Positions 48,590 through 58,729 of a DNA stretch of 64,000 nucleotides are shown piece after piece (position 1 is the stretch's first letter; each line of letters opens with the position of its first letter). The stretch covers positions 1 through 64,000 of IMG/VR virus record IMGVR_UViG_3300033463_000045, one strand, 5' to 3'. The stretch is from a virus. Its lineage: Duplodnaviria; Caudoviricetes. Position numbers and translations under genes: made by a program. The notes under the pieces are model-generated. The model did no database searches. It saw only the letters and a program-made list of their open reading frames with translations, and had not been told where the DNA came from.

Positions 48590-50422
48590 ATGACAGCAGA
48601 AGATAAATTAATAAATGAACTAAAAGATATTAGTAGAACATCAAAAGCTGAATTAATTAGACCAATAGTTCCTATAGAAGAGTGGATTGATTCACCTTAT
48701 TATTTAGGAGACATTTGCTATACATTATATCCAAAATATAAACAACACTTAAAATCTATATTTGATTCAGAAAGAGACGAATCAGATTATATAGATGAAA
48801 TAATAATGAAGACTTCAATTGGTGGAGGTAAAACTTCTTTCATTAATGTTGTATTAATTAGAAAATTATATGAATTAAGTTGTTATTCAGATATTAGACC
48901 ATTATATAATTTAATGACATCAAAGAAATTATTAATGGTATATTTTTCTATAACTAAGAAAGTTGCTGAAGATACTGGTTATGCTCAATTAAGAAATATG
49001 TTATTAACAATTCCATATTTTAGAGATAACTTTTTACCTAATACAAAGAAAAGTTCAGATATAGAATGGCCAGATAAAAATATGGCTATTACTTCTGGTA
49101 GTAATGCAAATCAAGTTATTGGAACAGACGTTATCGCATCAGTAGTCGATGAAGGTGATTTCTATGGTAGTACAAGTGTTACACCAGATGGTCAAGCACT
49201 ATCTAAAGCACAATTATTATATACATCAATAAAACAAAGAGGTAGGTCAAGATTCATGGTTAATGGAATAAATCATTCATTAAATTGTGTATTATCTTCA
49301 CCTACATATGAATCTAGTTTTATAACTAAATTAATAAATAATTCAAGAGGAAATCCACATACTTATATAATAGAGGAAACATTATGGACAATAAAACCTA
49401 AAGGAACTTATTCAGATGTAATGTTTGTTGTATTTAAAGGAACCAATTTATTAGACCCACAAATAGTTGAAGATGCAAAATTTTATAATGAATTATTAGT
49501 TAGTTTATATAAGAAACCAATAGATATAAAAAATAAATCTATTAATGAGATATTAAAAGATTTACCAGAAGATATAAAACAATATTTTATAGAAATACCG
49601 ATAGACTTTTATGAAGATTTTAAACATGATTTATTAAAAGCATTACAAGATATTGGTTCTGTTGCGATCGCACCAGAAGGAAGATTATTTTCATCAAATA
49701 AATTCTATAATAAAGCATTATTAATAGATAACCCATTAATACAAGAAGAAATAACAATATCAACAAATAGATTAGATGAAAGAACAATTCAATCTTATTT
49801 TAAAGCAGATTATGTTCCTAAGCATCCAGAATTACCAAGATTCTTACATTTCGACCAATCATTAACAGGTGATGAAGCCGGTGTAGCTTGTAGTTATATA
49901 GAAACAAAAATAAATCCAGATAATACAATAGATAAAAAAGTAACAGTTGAATGGTTAATAAGAATAAAACCACCAAAGAAACCAGAACAAATAGATTTAA
50001 AGAAATTAAGAAGTATAGTTTATTATTTAAGAGATATATTACATTTAACAATAGGAAAGATAACTTTCGACTCATATGCTAGTGAAGAAGCTGTACAAGA
50101 TTTAAAATTACATAATTTTAATTGTTCTACATTATCAGTAGATAGAGATGATAAAGCATATCAAGCATTAGTTCAATTATATTATACAGAAAGTATAAAG
50201 CATCCAGAGCATCAAAGATACCATGAAGAATTATTTAGTTTAATATGGTATAGAGCTAAAAGGAAAATTGACCATCCTGCAATGATAGGAAATGATGTTG
50301 TTGGAGATAAAGGTGTTACAGATGCAGTTTGTGGTTCAGTATATAATGCATTATTAGATGCTGATGTAGTATATTCAAATTTAAGACAAGAAGATGCTAA
50401 ATCAGTATTAGATATTTTATAA
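48590..50422 (+). CDS. terL: Terminase large subunit
   Basis: IEEWIDSPYYLG, SIGGGKT, VVDE, LSS, HFDQS, ITFDSY, KIDHP..KGVTDAVCG. Confidence 0.9.
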   Translation: MTAEDKLINELKDISRTSKAELIRPIVPIEEWIDSPYYLGDICYTLYPKYKQHLKSIFDSERDESDYIDEIIMKTSIGGGKTSFINVVLIRKLYELSCYSDIRPLYNLMTSKKLLMVYFSITKKVAEDTGYAQLRNMLLTIPYFRDNFLPNTKKSSDIEWPDKNMAITSGSNANQVIGTDVIASVVDEGDFYGSTSVTPDGQALSKAQLLYTSIKQRGRSRFMVNGINHSLNCVLSSPTYESSFITKLINNSRGNPHTYIIEETLWTIKPKGTYSDVMFVVFKGTNLLDPQIVEDAKFYNELLVSLYKKPIDIKNKSINEILKDLPEDIKQYFIEIPIDFYEDFKHDLLKALQDIGSVAIAPEGRLFSSNKFYNKALLIDNPLIQEEITISTNRLDERTIQSYFKADYVPKHPELPRFLHFDQSLTGDEAGVACSYIETKINPDNTIDKKVTVEWLIRIKPPKKPEQIDLKKLRSIVYYLRDILHLTIGKITFDSYASEEAVQDLKLHNFNCSTLSVDRDDKAYQALVQLYYTESIKHPEHQRYHEELFSLIWYRAKRKIDHPAMIGNDVVGDKGVTDAVCGSVYNALLDADVVYSNLRQEDAKSVLDIL

Positions 50423-50453
50423 TTCATAATATATAATATAAGGAGTTGTTAAT

Positions 50454-50774
50454 ATGTATAGATTAATATTTTTAGATAATTCAATGTTAGAATTAAAAGA
50501 TTTAAAATCAATGGATGTAGAAACAAGTTTTTGGAATGGTCAAGGCAGACCTAAATATTTAAAATTAATATTTAGACAAAAGAAAAATCCAGATTTAAAT
50601 TTAGAGCAATTAAAAGAAGATTTTTATTCTAAACAATTAACAAAATTATTTATATATTCAGAAGATGGACAAAAATTAGAATATGAAATACCAATTCCAA
50701 CAAGAATTGATGTTGTAAATTATGCAGAAGAAAAATTAGAAGTAGGCTATGGAGACCCATTATATTATAAATAG
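50454..50774 (+). CDS. Hypothetical protein
   Basis: Promoter motif at 50423-50438 plus SD. Confidence 0.6.
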   Translation: MYRLIFLDNSMLELKDLKSMDVETSFWNGQGRPKYLKLIFRQKKNPDLNLEQLKEDFYSKQLTKLFIYSEDGQKLEYEIPIPTRIDVVNYAEEKLEVGYGDPLYYK

Positions 50775-50782
50775 AGGTAAAT

Positions 50783-51496
50783 ATGGAAGCATTAGATTTA
50801 AATTATAAACAAATTAAATGTTATTTAGATACTAAGACAATAGATTATAATGCATTATCTATATTACAAATGTTATACCCAACATATCAAACAGTTGATT
50901 CGACATTTAATATATACCCAGATATACCTTTTATTTATATAGGTGATTTAAAATATATAAATATTATTAATAATAGACCAGAACCACATATAATAGTTGC
51001 TACAACTGGAGAATATGATTTTACAGATAAAGAAACATTATTAAAAGTTGCTTATTTAAAGCATAATAAAAAGATACCAAAATATATATTAGAGATATAT
51101 AAAACATGGAGTAATGAACAATTTTATAATAACATTAAATATATAATTTTATTTGGAACTTCAATAGATAAAGAATTAAATAATAATATGGTTTTATTAA
51201 ATATAATTAATAATATAACAAATCCTATAAAAGTAATTAAATCATATTTAGAAGATATAGAAACAAATGATGTTATATATTTAGAAAATGATTTATTATC
51301 ATTTATAGATAGATGTAATAATTTAAATATAAATACTACAAAGAATAAAAAGACATTACAATTAAGAGCAAGATTTTATACAATGAGTAATAAAAATATA
51401 AAAGACGCTATTAATAATTTAATAGATTCAAATATAGATAATTTAGAATTAAGAAATTTAAATTTTATATTAGACTTAATTTGGTTAAATAGATAA
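50783..51496 (+). CDS. Hypothetical protein (possibly a divergent clamp-loader small subunit)
   Basis: ORF with SD; function is a guess from size and context. Confidence 0.5.
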   Translation: MEALDLNYKQIKCYLDTKTIDYNALSILQMLYPTYQTVDSTFNIYPDIPFIYIGDLKYINIINNRPEPHIIVATTGEYDFTDKETLLKVAYLKHNKKIPKYILEIYKTWSNEQFYNNIKYIILFGTSIDKELNNNMVLLNIINNITNPIKVIKSYLEDIETNDVIYLENDLLSFIDRCNNLNINTTKNKKTLQLRARFYTMSNKNIKDAINNLIDSNIDNLELRNLNFILDLIWLNR

Positions 51497-51508
51497 GGAG
51501 ATAAGACA

Positions 51509-52069
51509 ATGACAATTTTAGAATATTTACAGGAAAAGAATATATCATTTAAAGCTGCATCCCAGCAATTAGGAGTAGATTCATCTAATTTTAGTAAAGT
51601 TGTTAGAGGAAAAATACCAGTAAGTATCTTATTTTATAAAAAAGTAAAAACTTCTTTTTTAAAAGATTGTTCATTAGATGATTTAACATTTTCAAAAGAA
51701 TTGATAAATAAGAAACCTATTATAGATATGCAGGTTGAAGAAGAATTAAAAAATAGAAAAAATAAAGAATCAACTGAAATAAATGAAATAGATTTAAATT
51801 TTAGATTAGCAAATAAAGAAAATAATAATGAACAGAAAAATAAAATAATAAATATAGATAGAAATTTACCTAATGAAATTAAAGCTAAAACTGATGATAT
51901 GAAAAAGATAATTGAAGAAAATAAAAAATTATTTAGAATTAATTTCAAATATGCTACTCAATTACAAAATGCTTTAGATTGTTTAGATGATTTAGAAATT
52001 CAAATACAGATATTAAGAAATATTATTAATAGAGATAAATATTTGCAAGAATTACAAAATTTAAAATAG
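51509..52069 (+). CDS. XRE/Cro-type HTH protein with coiled-coil C-terminus
   Basis: ISFKAASQQLGVDSSNFSKVVRGK. Confidence 0.75.
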   Translation: MTILEYLQEKNISFKAASQQLGVDSSNFSKVVRGKIPVSILFYKKVKTSFLKDCSLDDLTFSKELINKKPIIDMQVEEELKNRKNKESTEINEIDLNFRLANKENNNEQKNKIINIDRNLPNEIKAKTDDMKKIIEENKKLFRINFKYATQLQNALDCLDDLEIQIQILRNIINRDKYLQELQNLK

Positions 52070-52078
52070 AAAGAAGAA

Positions 52079-52324
52079 ATGATTATTATGGGTAAAAGTA
52101 AAGGTAAAGGTAATAGAGCAGATGGTTCAGCACAATATTCTATTACTGCTAAAAATTTAGCTAGAAAAGGAAAGACAAATAAAAAATTAAAATTAAATCC
52201 TTTAGCTAGTAAATATGAAACTACAGAAAATAATAAATTAAAAGAACAAGCATTAGAAATGATAAAGAAACATCCAAAAGGAACTGGCTATAAATATAGA
52301 AAAAATAATAAAGTTGAGAAGTAG
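52079..52324 (+). CDS. Small basic protein
   Basis: Lys/Arg/Gly-rich ORF. Confidence 0.55.
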   Translation: MIIMGKSKGKGNRADGSAQYSITAKNLARKGKTNKKLKLNPLASKYETTENNKLKEQALEMIKKHPKGTGYKYRKNNKVEK

Positions 52325-52335
52325 CGAGGTGTACT

Positions 52336-52674
52336 ATGGGTAATTCTAAGTATAGATATTATAAATATAATAAACTTCGTAAATATAATACAATATTAGA
52401 AGATAATAAAAATTTAAAAGAAAATCTAGACATTGCAGAATCTTTGTATAAACACGAGTTATTAAGATTAGAATTAGAAATATTATCTTATCATGATGAT
52501 ATAGAAAGTGTTCAAGAGTTAATAGATATATATTCAAATGAACAACATGAATTAATATATTATGAGAAGACCCATTCTTTATTAATTAGAGGAAGTATGA
52601 GAGTAGATGTATTTCATAAATTTATATTAGACTCTAGAAAATTTAATTTTACAAATATTACATTAGAGGGATAG
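52336..52674 (+). CDS. Hypothetical protein
   Basis: ORF with GAGGTG SD. Confidence 0.6.
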   Translation: MGNSKYRYYKYNKLRKYNTILEDNKNLKENLDIAESLYKHELLRLELEILSYHDDIESVQELIDIYSNEQHELIYYEKTHSLLIRGSMRVDVFHKFILDSRKFNFTNITLEG

Positions 52675-52675
52675 C

Positions 52676-53227
52676 ATGACAGATATAGAGATAAAGAAAT
52701 ATTTAGCGAAAGAATTAACCAAAGAAAATGTATTTAAAAATAAGACAACTTTATTAATAGGAAATGCAAGTAGATTATTCAAATCTATTTATAGTGGTGA
52801 TATAATAAGTATTAATACAGCAGAAGAGATAAAAGAATTTATAAATGAATATAATATACAATCAGATAGACCATTAGTATTTGAAGACATATCATTAATG
52901 CAACAAAATGTTCAATCATATTTATTAAAGTTTATAGAAGATTTTCCGAGACCATTAATAGTATTAGCTAGTTTAGATAATATATCACCAATAATATTAA
53001 GTAGATTTAAAAGAATAATAAAGATACCTATTGAATATAAATATTCAAATGTAAGTTTAGATAAATTCTTAGAAGAGCATCAAAATGAATTAAAATCTAA
53101 TTATATTTTACCAGAATTAAAGACTGAGAGTTTATTATATTGTCCAGAATATTATTATAAATATATAAAATTAAATTTATCTAATCATGATAATAAAAAT
53201 AGAAATCAATTAATAAAATTTATGTAA
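52676..53227 (+). CDS. Clamp loader small subunit (delta'-like)
   Basis: QSYLLKFIEDFP..IVLA..ILSRF resembles the inactive AAA+ NALLKxxEE..TIxSR pattern. Confidence 0.65.
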   Translation: MTDIEIKKYLAKELTKENVFKNKTTLLIGNASRLFKSIYSGDIISINTAEEIKEFINEYNIQSDRPLVFEDISLMQQNVQSYLLKFIEDFPRPLIVLASLDNISPIILSRFKRIIKIPIEYKYSNVSLDKFLEEHQNELKSNYILPELKTESLLYCPEYYYKYIKLNLSNHDNKNRNQLIKFM

Positions 53228-53253
53228 TAATATAGTAAAGGAGGTTAAATAAC

Positions 53254-53508
53254 ATGATTTTAGGTAGAAAAGATAAAGAACATGTAAGATTATTAGAAGA
53301 AGAAAATGATATATTAAAATATAATCAAGACCATGATGCTGTTAATTTCTTAAATTATTTACATGATGAATTAGGTATAACTTATGCAAAAATCTCTTCT
53401 ACATTAGGAGTATCACAGCAATATATTAATAGCATATGTATTAGAAAAACTAAAGTAAGAAATGAATCTTTATATAAAATAATGGCAAAATTATTTAAAA
53501 AAGACTAA
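53254..53508 (+). CDS. XRE-type HTH protein
   Basis: GITYAKISSTLGVSQQYINSI. Confidence 0.7.
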   Translation: MILGRKDKEHVRLLEEENDILKYNQDHDAVNFLNYLHDELGITYAKISSTLGVSQQYINSICIRKTKVRNESLYKIMAKLFKKD

Positions 53509-53556
53509 AAATTTAATAAAAACTGTAAATTTCCCGGAAAAAAGTGAAAGAAAATG

Positions 53557-53585
53557 TGTACATTTATGGCAAAATATGGTATAAT
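53557..53585 (+). promoter_or_regulatory. sigmaA-type early promoter
   Basis: TGTACA - 17 bp - TATAAT with TG extended -10; near-identical copy at 59956. Confidence 0.75.
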
Positions 53586-53645
53586 ATAATCAGATAATTA
53601 AAATTATTATCTGATTTTTTAATCAAAGGAAAGAAGGAATTAAAT

Positions 53646-54914
53646 ATGGACTTTAAAGAAATTTTAAAAGATGCCATAAAAAACAACACAAAAATAATTG
53701 TAACAGGAAAATCTGGTTATGGAAAATCAGAAATGGTTAAGCAAGTAGCTGAAGAACTTGGCTACGAACTAATCGATTTCAGATTATCAGAAATATTACC
53801 AGAAGATTTAGTAGGTATTCCAAAATTAAGAGATGACTACTATGAATATGTACCACCTAAATGGTTGTATGAAGTAAAAGAAAATCCAGATAAGAAATAT
53901 TTACTATTCTTAGATGAAATTACTCAAGGAACCCCTGAAGTTTTAAATATTTGTTATAAAATATTTGATAAGGTTACTAAAGTAGGTAATTATGAATTGC
54001 CAAATGTAGCAGTTGTAGGAGCAACAAATTATTCAGACGAATCAAATTATTTAAATGATTTACCAATACCACTTAAGAATAGAGCATGTAATATTGAGTT
54101 AAATCATTCAAGTAAAATATATATTGATTATCTAATGAATAAATATAAAGATAACTTCTCAGAAGCTCAAAAGAAAACAAAGAATGAATTAAAAGAATTA
54201 TTAAAACAAATAATAGAAGATTCTAATCCAAGAAGTGTAGATAAAGCAATAGAATTAATTAATAATAATTGTTGTAAAGACATAGTTATTCCATATATTG
54301 GTTATAATAACTATTCAGCATTAAGAGGTTACTTATTAAATACAGCATCAGATATTTCAACATTATCTGGATTAGAAAAAGCAGAAATAGATTTAGCAAA
54401 TGGTTTTACAATAGTTCATGGTAAAAGATTTAATATTGATGAACCTGTAGATTTACAAGCTAAATATGAATTAACAGATGAAGAATATGAAATAGTATAT
54501 AATAAATTCTATTCAGATTATACTAATAAAGGTGATAATAAAACAGATGTATTATATAATATATTAAAATATTCAGATATTCCAATTAAAAAAGATGCAT
54601 TTAATAAGATATTAAGTAAAACAACAATGTTAGACTTAAATAAATATATGAAGATAATGAACTTACAACCTAAAGATACGGAATTAACAAATGCAGCAAT
54701 AGACCAAATAGAAGTCATTTGTGAAAAACTACAATATACTAAAAAAGACTTCTTCGAAAAGATTGGTTCAAATATTCAATATGTATCTATTGCATTATTA
54801 GATAAGTATAATGAAAGTATAAATTGGGAATTATATGCAGATTTATATAAAGCAAATAGAATAGGACAAGCTAAATATGATGCATTAAGTAAATATTTTA
54901 AACAATATATTTAG
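53646..54914 (+). CDS. MoxR/dynein-related AAA+ ATPase
   Basis: GKSGYGKS, DLVGIP, LFLDEI, GATN, PLKNR, NPRS. Confidence 0.85.
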   Translation: MDFKEILKDAIKNNTKIIVTGKSGYGKSEMVKQVAEELGYELIDFRLSEILPEDLVGIPKLRDDYYEYVPPKWLYEVKENPDKKYLLFLDEITQGTPEVLNICYKIFDKVTKVGNYELPNVAVVGATNYSDESNYLNDLPIPLKNRACNIELNHSSKIYIDYLMNKYKDNFSEAQKKTKNELKELLKQIIEDSNPRSVDKAIELINNNCCKDIVIPYIGYNNYSALRGYLLNTASDISTLSGLEKAEIDLANGFTIVHGKRFNIDEPVDLQAKYELTDEEYEIVYNKFYSDYTNKGDNKTDVLYNILKYSDIPIKKDAFNKILSKTTMLDLNKYMKIMNLQPKDTELTNAAIDQIEVICEKLQYTKKDFFEKIGSNIQYVSIALLDKYNESINWELYADLYKANRIGQAKYDALSKYFKQYI

Positions 54915-54928
54915 AAAGGAAGATATAA

Positions 54929-56161
54929 ATGTTACTATTTGAAAAAAGATTTAATTTATTACAATATGCAGCAGATAAAAAATTACCGAAGGTATATGAT
55001 TTATTAAACGTAATAAAAAATGATAATTCAATTCAAGTTGCAGCAACTGATGGTACAACAGTATATGTTAATATAGATGAATTTAATAAAAGAGATGTTG
55101 AGTCAGAGTTCTTTATATTATGTCATGAATTATTACATATATTATATCATCATTTAGATAAAGACTATTATCCAGAAGATATATATCAAAATAAAGAATT
55201 ATTGAATATGTGTCAAGACGTAGTAATAAATGAATTTTTAGTACAAAGATTACTTTATAAAGAACCTAATGGTTTATATTTAGATAACATAGCTGAAGCA
55301 TTATATGCTAGAGGACTTAGACATACACCATATCTTAGCTTTGGTGGAGGACAATTAACAACAAAATATTTATATAATTATTTATTAGGAAGATATGATG
55401 AAGATAGTCTAGAACAAATGATGCAAGATATTGGTTATAATAGTGAAGATGATAGACTTCAAGATGATAGACTTCAAGATGAAGGTAATCATCAACAAGG
55501 AACAAAACAAGCAATTGATAATGTTATTAATCAATTAACAAAAGCATTAAAAATTAATCCTAAAATGTTATTAGAAGAAAATATAGATAAACAAGCAGGA
55601 AAAAGTAATGAATATTCAGGAATGGTTAGTTCAAGAGCAGAAGTAAATATTATATCAACAACAGAAATGGTTAATTATATTAATTCATTTATAGGAACTA
55701 ATGCTATTGAAAAAGGAAGAAATAGAACATATAGCAGACCATCAAGAAGAATTAATTTATCAAATGATATGGTAGCAGCTGGTTATAAGCGTTATAAGAA
55801 TATTAAAAAAATATCAATATATTTAGATGTTTCAGGAAGTATGGACGACTCATTAGTTACAACATTATATAAAACATTAAAACTATTATATAATAAAGTT
55901 GAATTTGATTTTTATACATTTAATGGACAAATAGCTAAAATAGATATTAAGAATACTCAAGAAATAGAAGTAAGCGGTGGAACTGATATAACTAATGTAT
56001 TAAATAATATCGAAAAAGAAAAACAAGATGTAGCAATAATGATTACAGATTGCGAAGATTACTTTTCATTAGATAACGTTAAATCAAATTTAATGATATA
56101 TACAAATAACTTTTCAGTTAAGAATAATAATCCATTAGTAAAGCTAACATATTTTCAATAA
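54929..56161 (+). CDS. HEXXH metallopeptidase-like plus vWA domain protein (DUF2201-type)
   Basis: AATDG, HELLH, D.VIN; vWA DVSGSM, GGTD, ITD. Confidence 0.85.
   Translation: MLLFEKRFNLLQYAADKKLPKVYDLLNVIKNDNSIQVAATDGTTVYVNIDEFNKRDVESEFFILCHELLHILYHHLDKDYYPEDIYQNKELLNMCQDVVINEFLVQRLLYKEPNGLYLDNIAEALYARGLRHTPYLSFGGGQLTTKYLYNYLLGRYDEDSLEQMMQDIGYNSEDDRLQDDRLQDEGNHQQGTKQAIDNVINQLTKALKINPKMLLEENIDKQAGKSNEYSGMVSSRAEVNIISTTEMVNYINSFIGTNAIEKGRNRTYSRPSRRINLSNDMVAAGYKRYKNIKKISIYLDVSGSMDDSLVTTLYKTLKLLYNKVEFDFYTFNGQIAKIDIKNTQEIEVSGGTDITNVLNNIEKEKQDVAIMITDCEDYFSLDNVKSNLMIYTNNFSVKNNNPLVKLTYFQ
55446..55482 (+). repeat. 15-bp in-frame tandem duplication (DDRLQ x2)
   Basis: AAGATGATAGACTTC x2 + AAGATGA. Confidence 0.9.
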
Positions 56162-56214
56162 TTAATATGTTAGCTTTTCATATTATATAATAAGAAAGAA
56201 GGTGACTTAATAAT

Positions 56215-56418
56215 ATGGAAGATTATGATTATGTTGAAGAAAATATAAGAGCAATAGATTTATCAGATGATGAGTTAAAACAAGCATATAAATACTATAA
56301 ATATTGGTATGATTATATGAGAGAATTTAAAGTTAAATCATTAAGTGAAGAAGAAATAGATTGGTATAATGAATTAAAGAATGAAATGTTTAATAGACAA
56401 TTAAAATTAGATGATTAG
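56215..56418 (+). CDS. Hypothetical small acidic protein
   Basis: Promoter-motif variant at 56177-56192 and SD. Confidence 0.6.
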   Translation: MEDYDYVEENIRAIDLSDDELKQAYKYYKYWYDYMREFKVKSLSEEEIDWYNELKNEMFNRQLKLDD

Positions 56419-56519
56419 ATATATATTAGAGATATGATAATAATAAAATAATATAAATATATGTTAATATTAAAACATATACCAGAGTGTCTCAGAATGC
56501 ATAAGAAAGGATGTGAATT

Positions 56520-57755
56520 ATTATAAAATTAAATGAATTAAAAGATAAATGTAATCAATTAAAAATTATTCCACAACCAACAAGAAAAAGAAGAAATCCT
56601 GATAGATTAGAAGTTTGCGCTGATGATTGTATAAGAGCAATTCAAAGATATAGTATAGACCAAAAGAAATCTTATGGTCTATATGACTTTAATTTAGAAG
56701 CATTAATTGGTATTAAATCACCAATGTTAGCATTATTAATTAAGCATCAACCTGAAGATGTTCAAAAAGAAATATGGAATGATAATAATTATAATTGGAG
56801 ATTTGAAAAGAAATATAATGGCGTAAGATGTTTTATTTCATATAATAATGAATTGAAAAAGATTTTTATATATGGAAGAGAACTAGATAATGATACATTA
56901 TTGCCAAAAGATTATACAAATAGATTTCAAAAAATAGCATCTGATGTTTTTGATTTATTTCAAGCTGGATTAGTTGGTTATAGTTTTGTTATAGATTGCG
57001 AATTAACTATTAACGATTATTCAAAAGATATAATAGAAGATATATTAAATGACCCATATAAAGATATGGAAGCATTTAAATATGAATTTAATGCCTTTGA
57101 TATATTTTCTACATTAAGAGATGGAACAATTTATAGTTTAGCAAGATTATCTGAAAGAATAAATTTATTAGAAAAAACAATGCAACGTCTTACTCCATAT
57201 AATTTACCAATATATTTAGTAATGTCAAAACCCGATAATGTGTCAAAAGAAGATTTTTATAAATCAATAATTCGTAGTGGTGGAGAAGGAGTTATTGCTA
57301 AAGATTTAAATTCATCTTATGATTTTCGTGGTAAAAGAAATGGTGATTGGACTAAAATTAAAAGATTAAATTATGAAGGAGTTGAAAATTTAAATGCAGA
57401 TACTTACGATTTATTTGTATCTGATTGTATTATCACTGATAATATGGTTAGCGGTTTAGAATTAAGTAGTTATTTAGTTAATGATAATAATGATTTTATA
57501 TATGATAGATTTAATAATCAAATTCCAATAACATTAGGAATATTATATGACTTATTACCAGAAACTAAAAAGTTATTAACATTATATGATAATAATGGAA
57601 AGCCATATATAAATCCAAGATTTTTAGATATTGTTGTAGAAGTAAGGTCTACAGGATTTGATGATTATGTTAATCAATTACAAAATTTAAAATTTGTATG
57701 TTGGAGACTAGATAAAAATTCAAGAGATTGTAAATTTAATAAAGATAAAATATAA
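56520..57755 (+). CDS. ATP-dependent DNA ligase (probable ATT/ATA start at about 56520; the ORF track starts at 56724)
   Basis: SPMLA, EKKYNGVR, IDCEL, AFDI, GGEGVIAK, WTKIK, WRLDK. The frame is open from 56517 behind the SD AGAAAGGATGTGA. Confidence 0.85.
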   Translation: MIKLNELKDKCNQLKIIPQPTRKRRNPDRLEVCADDCIRAIQRYSIDQKKSYGLYDFNLEALIGIKSPMLALLIKHQPEDVQKEIWNDNNYNWRFEKKYNGVRCFISYNNELKKIFIYGRELDNDTLLPKDYTNRFQKIASDVFDLFQAGLVGYSFVIDCELTINDYSKDIIEDILNDPYKDMEAFKYEFNAFDIFSTLRDGTIYSLARLSERINLLEKTMQRLTPYNLPIYLVMSKPDNVSKEDFYKSIIRSGGEGVIAKDLNSSYDFRGKRNGDWTKIKRLNYEGVENLNADTYDLFVSDCIITDNMVSGLELSSYLVNDNNDFIYDRFNNQIPITLGILYDLLPETKKLLTLYDNNGKPYINPRFLDIVVEVRSTGFDDYVNQLQNLKFVCWRLDKNSRDCKFNKDKI

Positions 57756-57768
57756 AGGAGGAGATAGC

Positions 57769-58116
57769 ATGTATAATTTAAAGTTACTTAGAAATATTAA
57801 AGATAGTAGTGAATTATCGTTTTTTAAATATTTTCCTTATAATTTATGTAGAGAATTATCTCTTTGTGGATTTATTGATTATCATATTATAAATGATAAT
57901 AAAAATCTTAAAAACGATTTAATTGAAATAATAAATGAATTACCAGAAATAGAAAAAAGAATTATAGAATTAAGATATGGCGTTAATGATAATAAACTAA
58001 TAACACAGAAAGAAATAATAAATGAATTGCATCTTACTAAAAAATGTTGCGACAATTTTAATTATCATATATTTAAAGCATTTAGACAAATAGCAAATAA
58101 ATTAAATAAAATATAA
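57769..58116 (+). CDS. Sigma region-4-like HTH protein
   Basis: INELPEIEKRIIELRYG..TQKEI..KAFRQI. Confidence 0.7.
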   Translation: MYNLKLLRNIKDSSELSFFKYFPYNLCRELSLCGFIDYHIINDNKNLKNDLIEIINELPEIEKRIIELRYGVNDNKLITQKEIINELHLTKKCCDNFNYHIFKAFRQIANKLNKI

Positions 58117-58128
58117 GGAGGAATAGAT

Positions 58129-58371
58129 ATGGAAGAAAAAGTAACATTTACAACATCAATAGATAAATGTGGTAGATTTGTAATACCAACAAAAGTTCTT
58201 AAGACATTGTCTTGGGACAAAGGAATATTAGCATTTGGAGAAGTTAATGAAGATTATATCATTATTAAAAGTTTAGGTGAACAAGTAAAGTGTAATAAAT
58301 GTAATAAAAAATATAATTCTCAATATAATTATTGTCCAATATGTGGAGAAGTATTAAAAATTAATAAATAA
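58129..58371 (+). CDS. AbrB-like DNA-binding protein with zinc ribbon
   Basis: SIDKCGRFVIP; CNKC..YCPICG. Confidence 0.75.
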   Translation: MEEKVTFTTSIDKCGRFVIPTKVLKTLSWDKGILAFGEVNEDYIIIKSLGEQVKCNKCNKKYNSQYNYCPICGEVLKINK

Positions 58372-58490
58372 TTGACACCCAGAGGCATTGAAATATAGTT
58401 AGATTAATAATTATATTACTCAAAGTAATATAACAAATCATTTTATATATATTTTCTCTAATAATAAAAAGAAATAAGAGGAGAATATAT

Positions 58491-58709
58491 ATGAGAAAAG
58501 AAAGTTTAAGATTATTTTCAGAAATTATTATATCTATGTTAGCAATAGATAGTTTAAATAAAGACCAATTATTAATATTAAAAAATAAAATAGAGGAGTT
58601 AAAAAAGATACCTCAAGATGATAGACTTGAATTAATGATAAATTGTTATCATTTATTTGATGAAAATAAATATGAAGATAATATTGATATTTTATCAGGT
58701 AGAAAATAA
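58491..58709 (+). CDS. Hypothetical small protein
   Basis: ORF with GAGGAG SD. Confidence 0.55.
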   Translation: MRKESLRLFSEIIISMLAIDSLNKDQLLILKNKIEELKKIPQDDRLELMINCYHLFDENKYEDNIDILSGRK

Positions 58710-58729
58710 ATATAAAGGAGATGATATAG

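Noticed and set aside
48590-50422. Intron or intein in terminase, RecA or ligase
   Set aside because: Lengths and motif spacing are normal; no intein termini or homing-endonuclease motifs seen.
56511-56516. TGA readthrough from the in-frame ATG-TGA upstream of the ligase
   Set aside because: That ATG lies inside the SD-like AAGGATGTGA with no spacing; initiation at the downstream ATT/ATA is more plausible.
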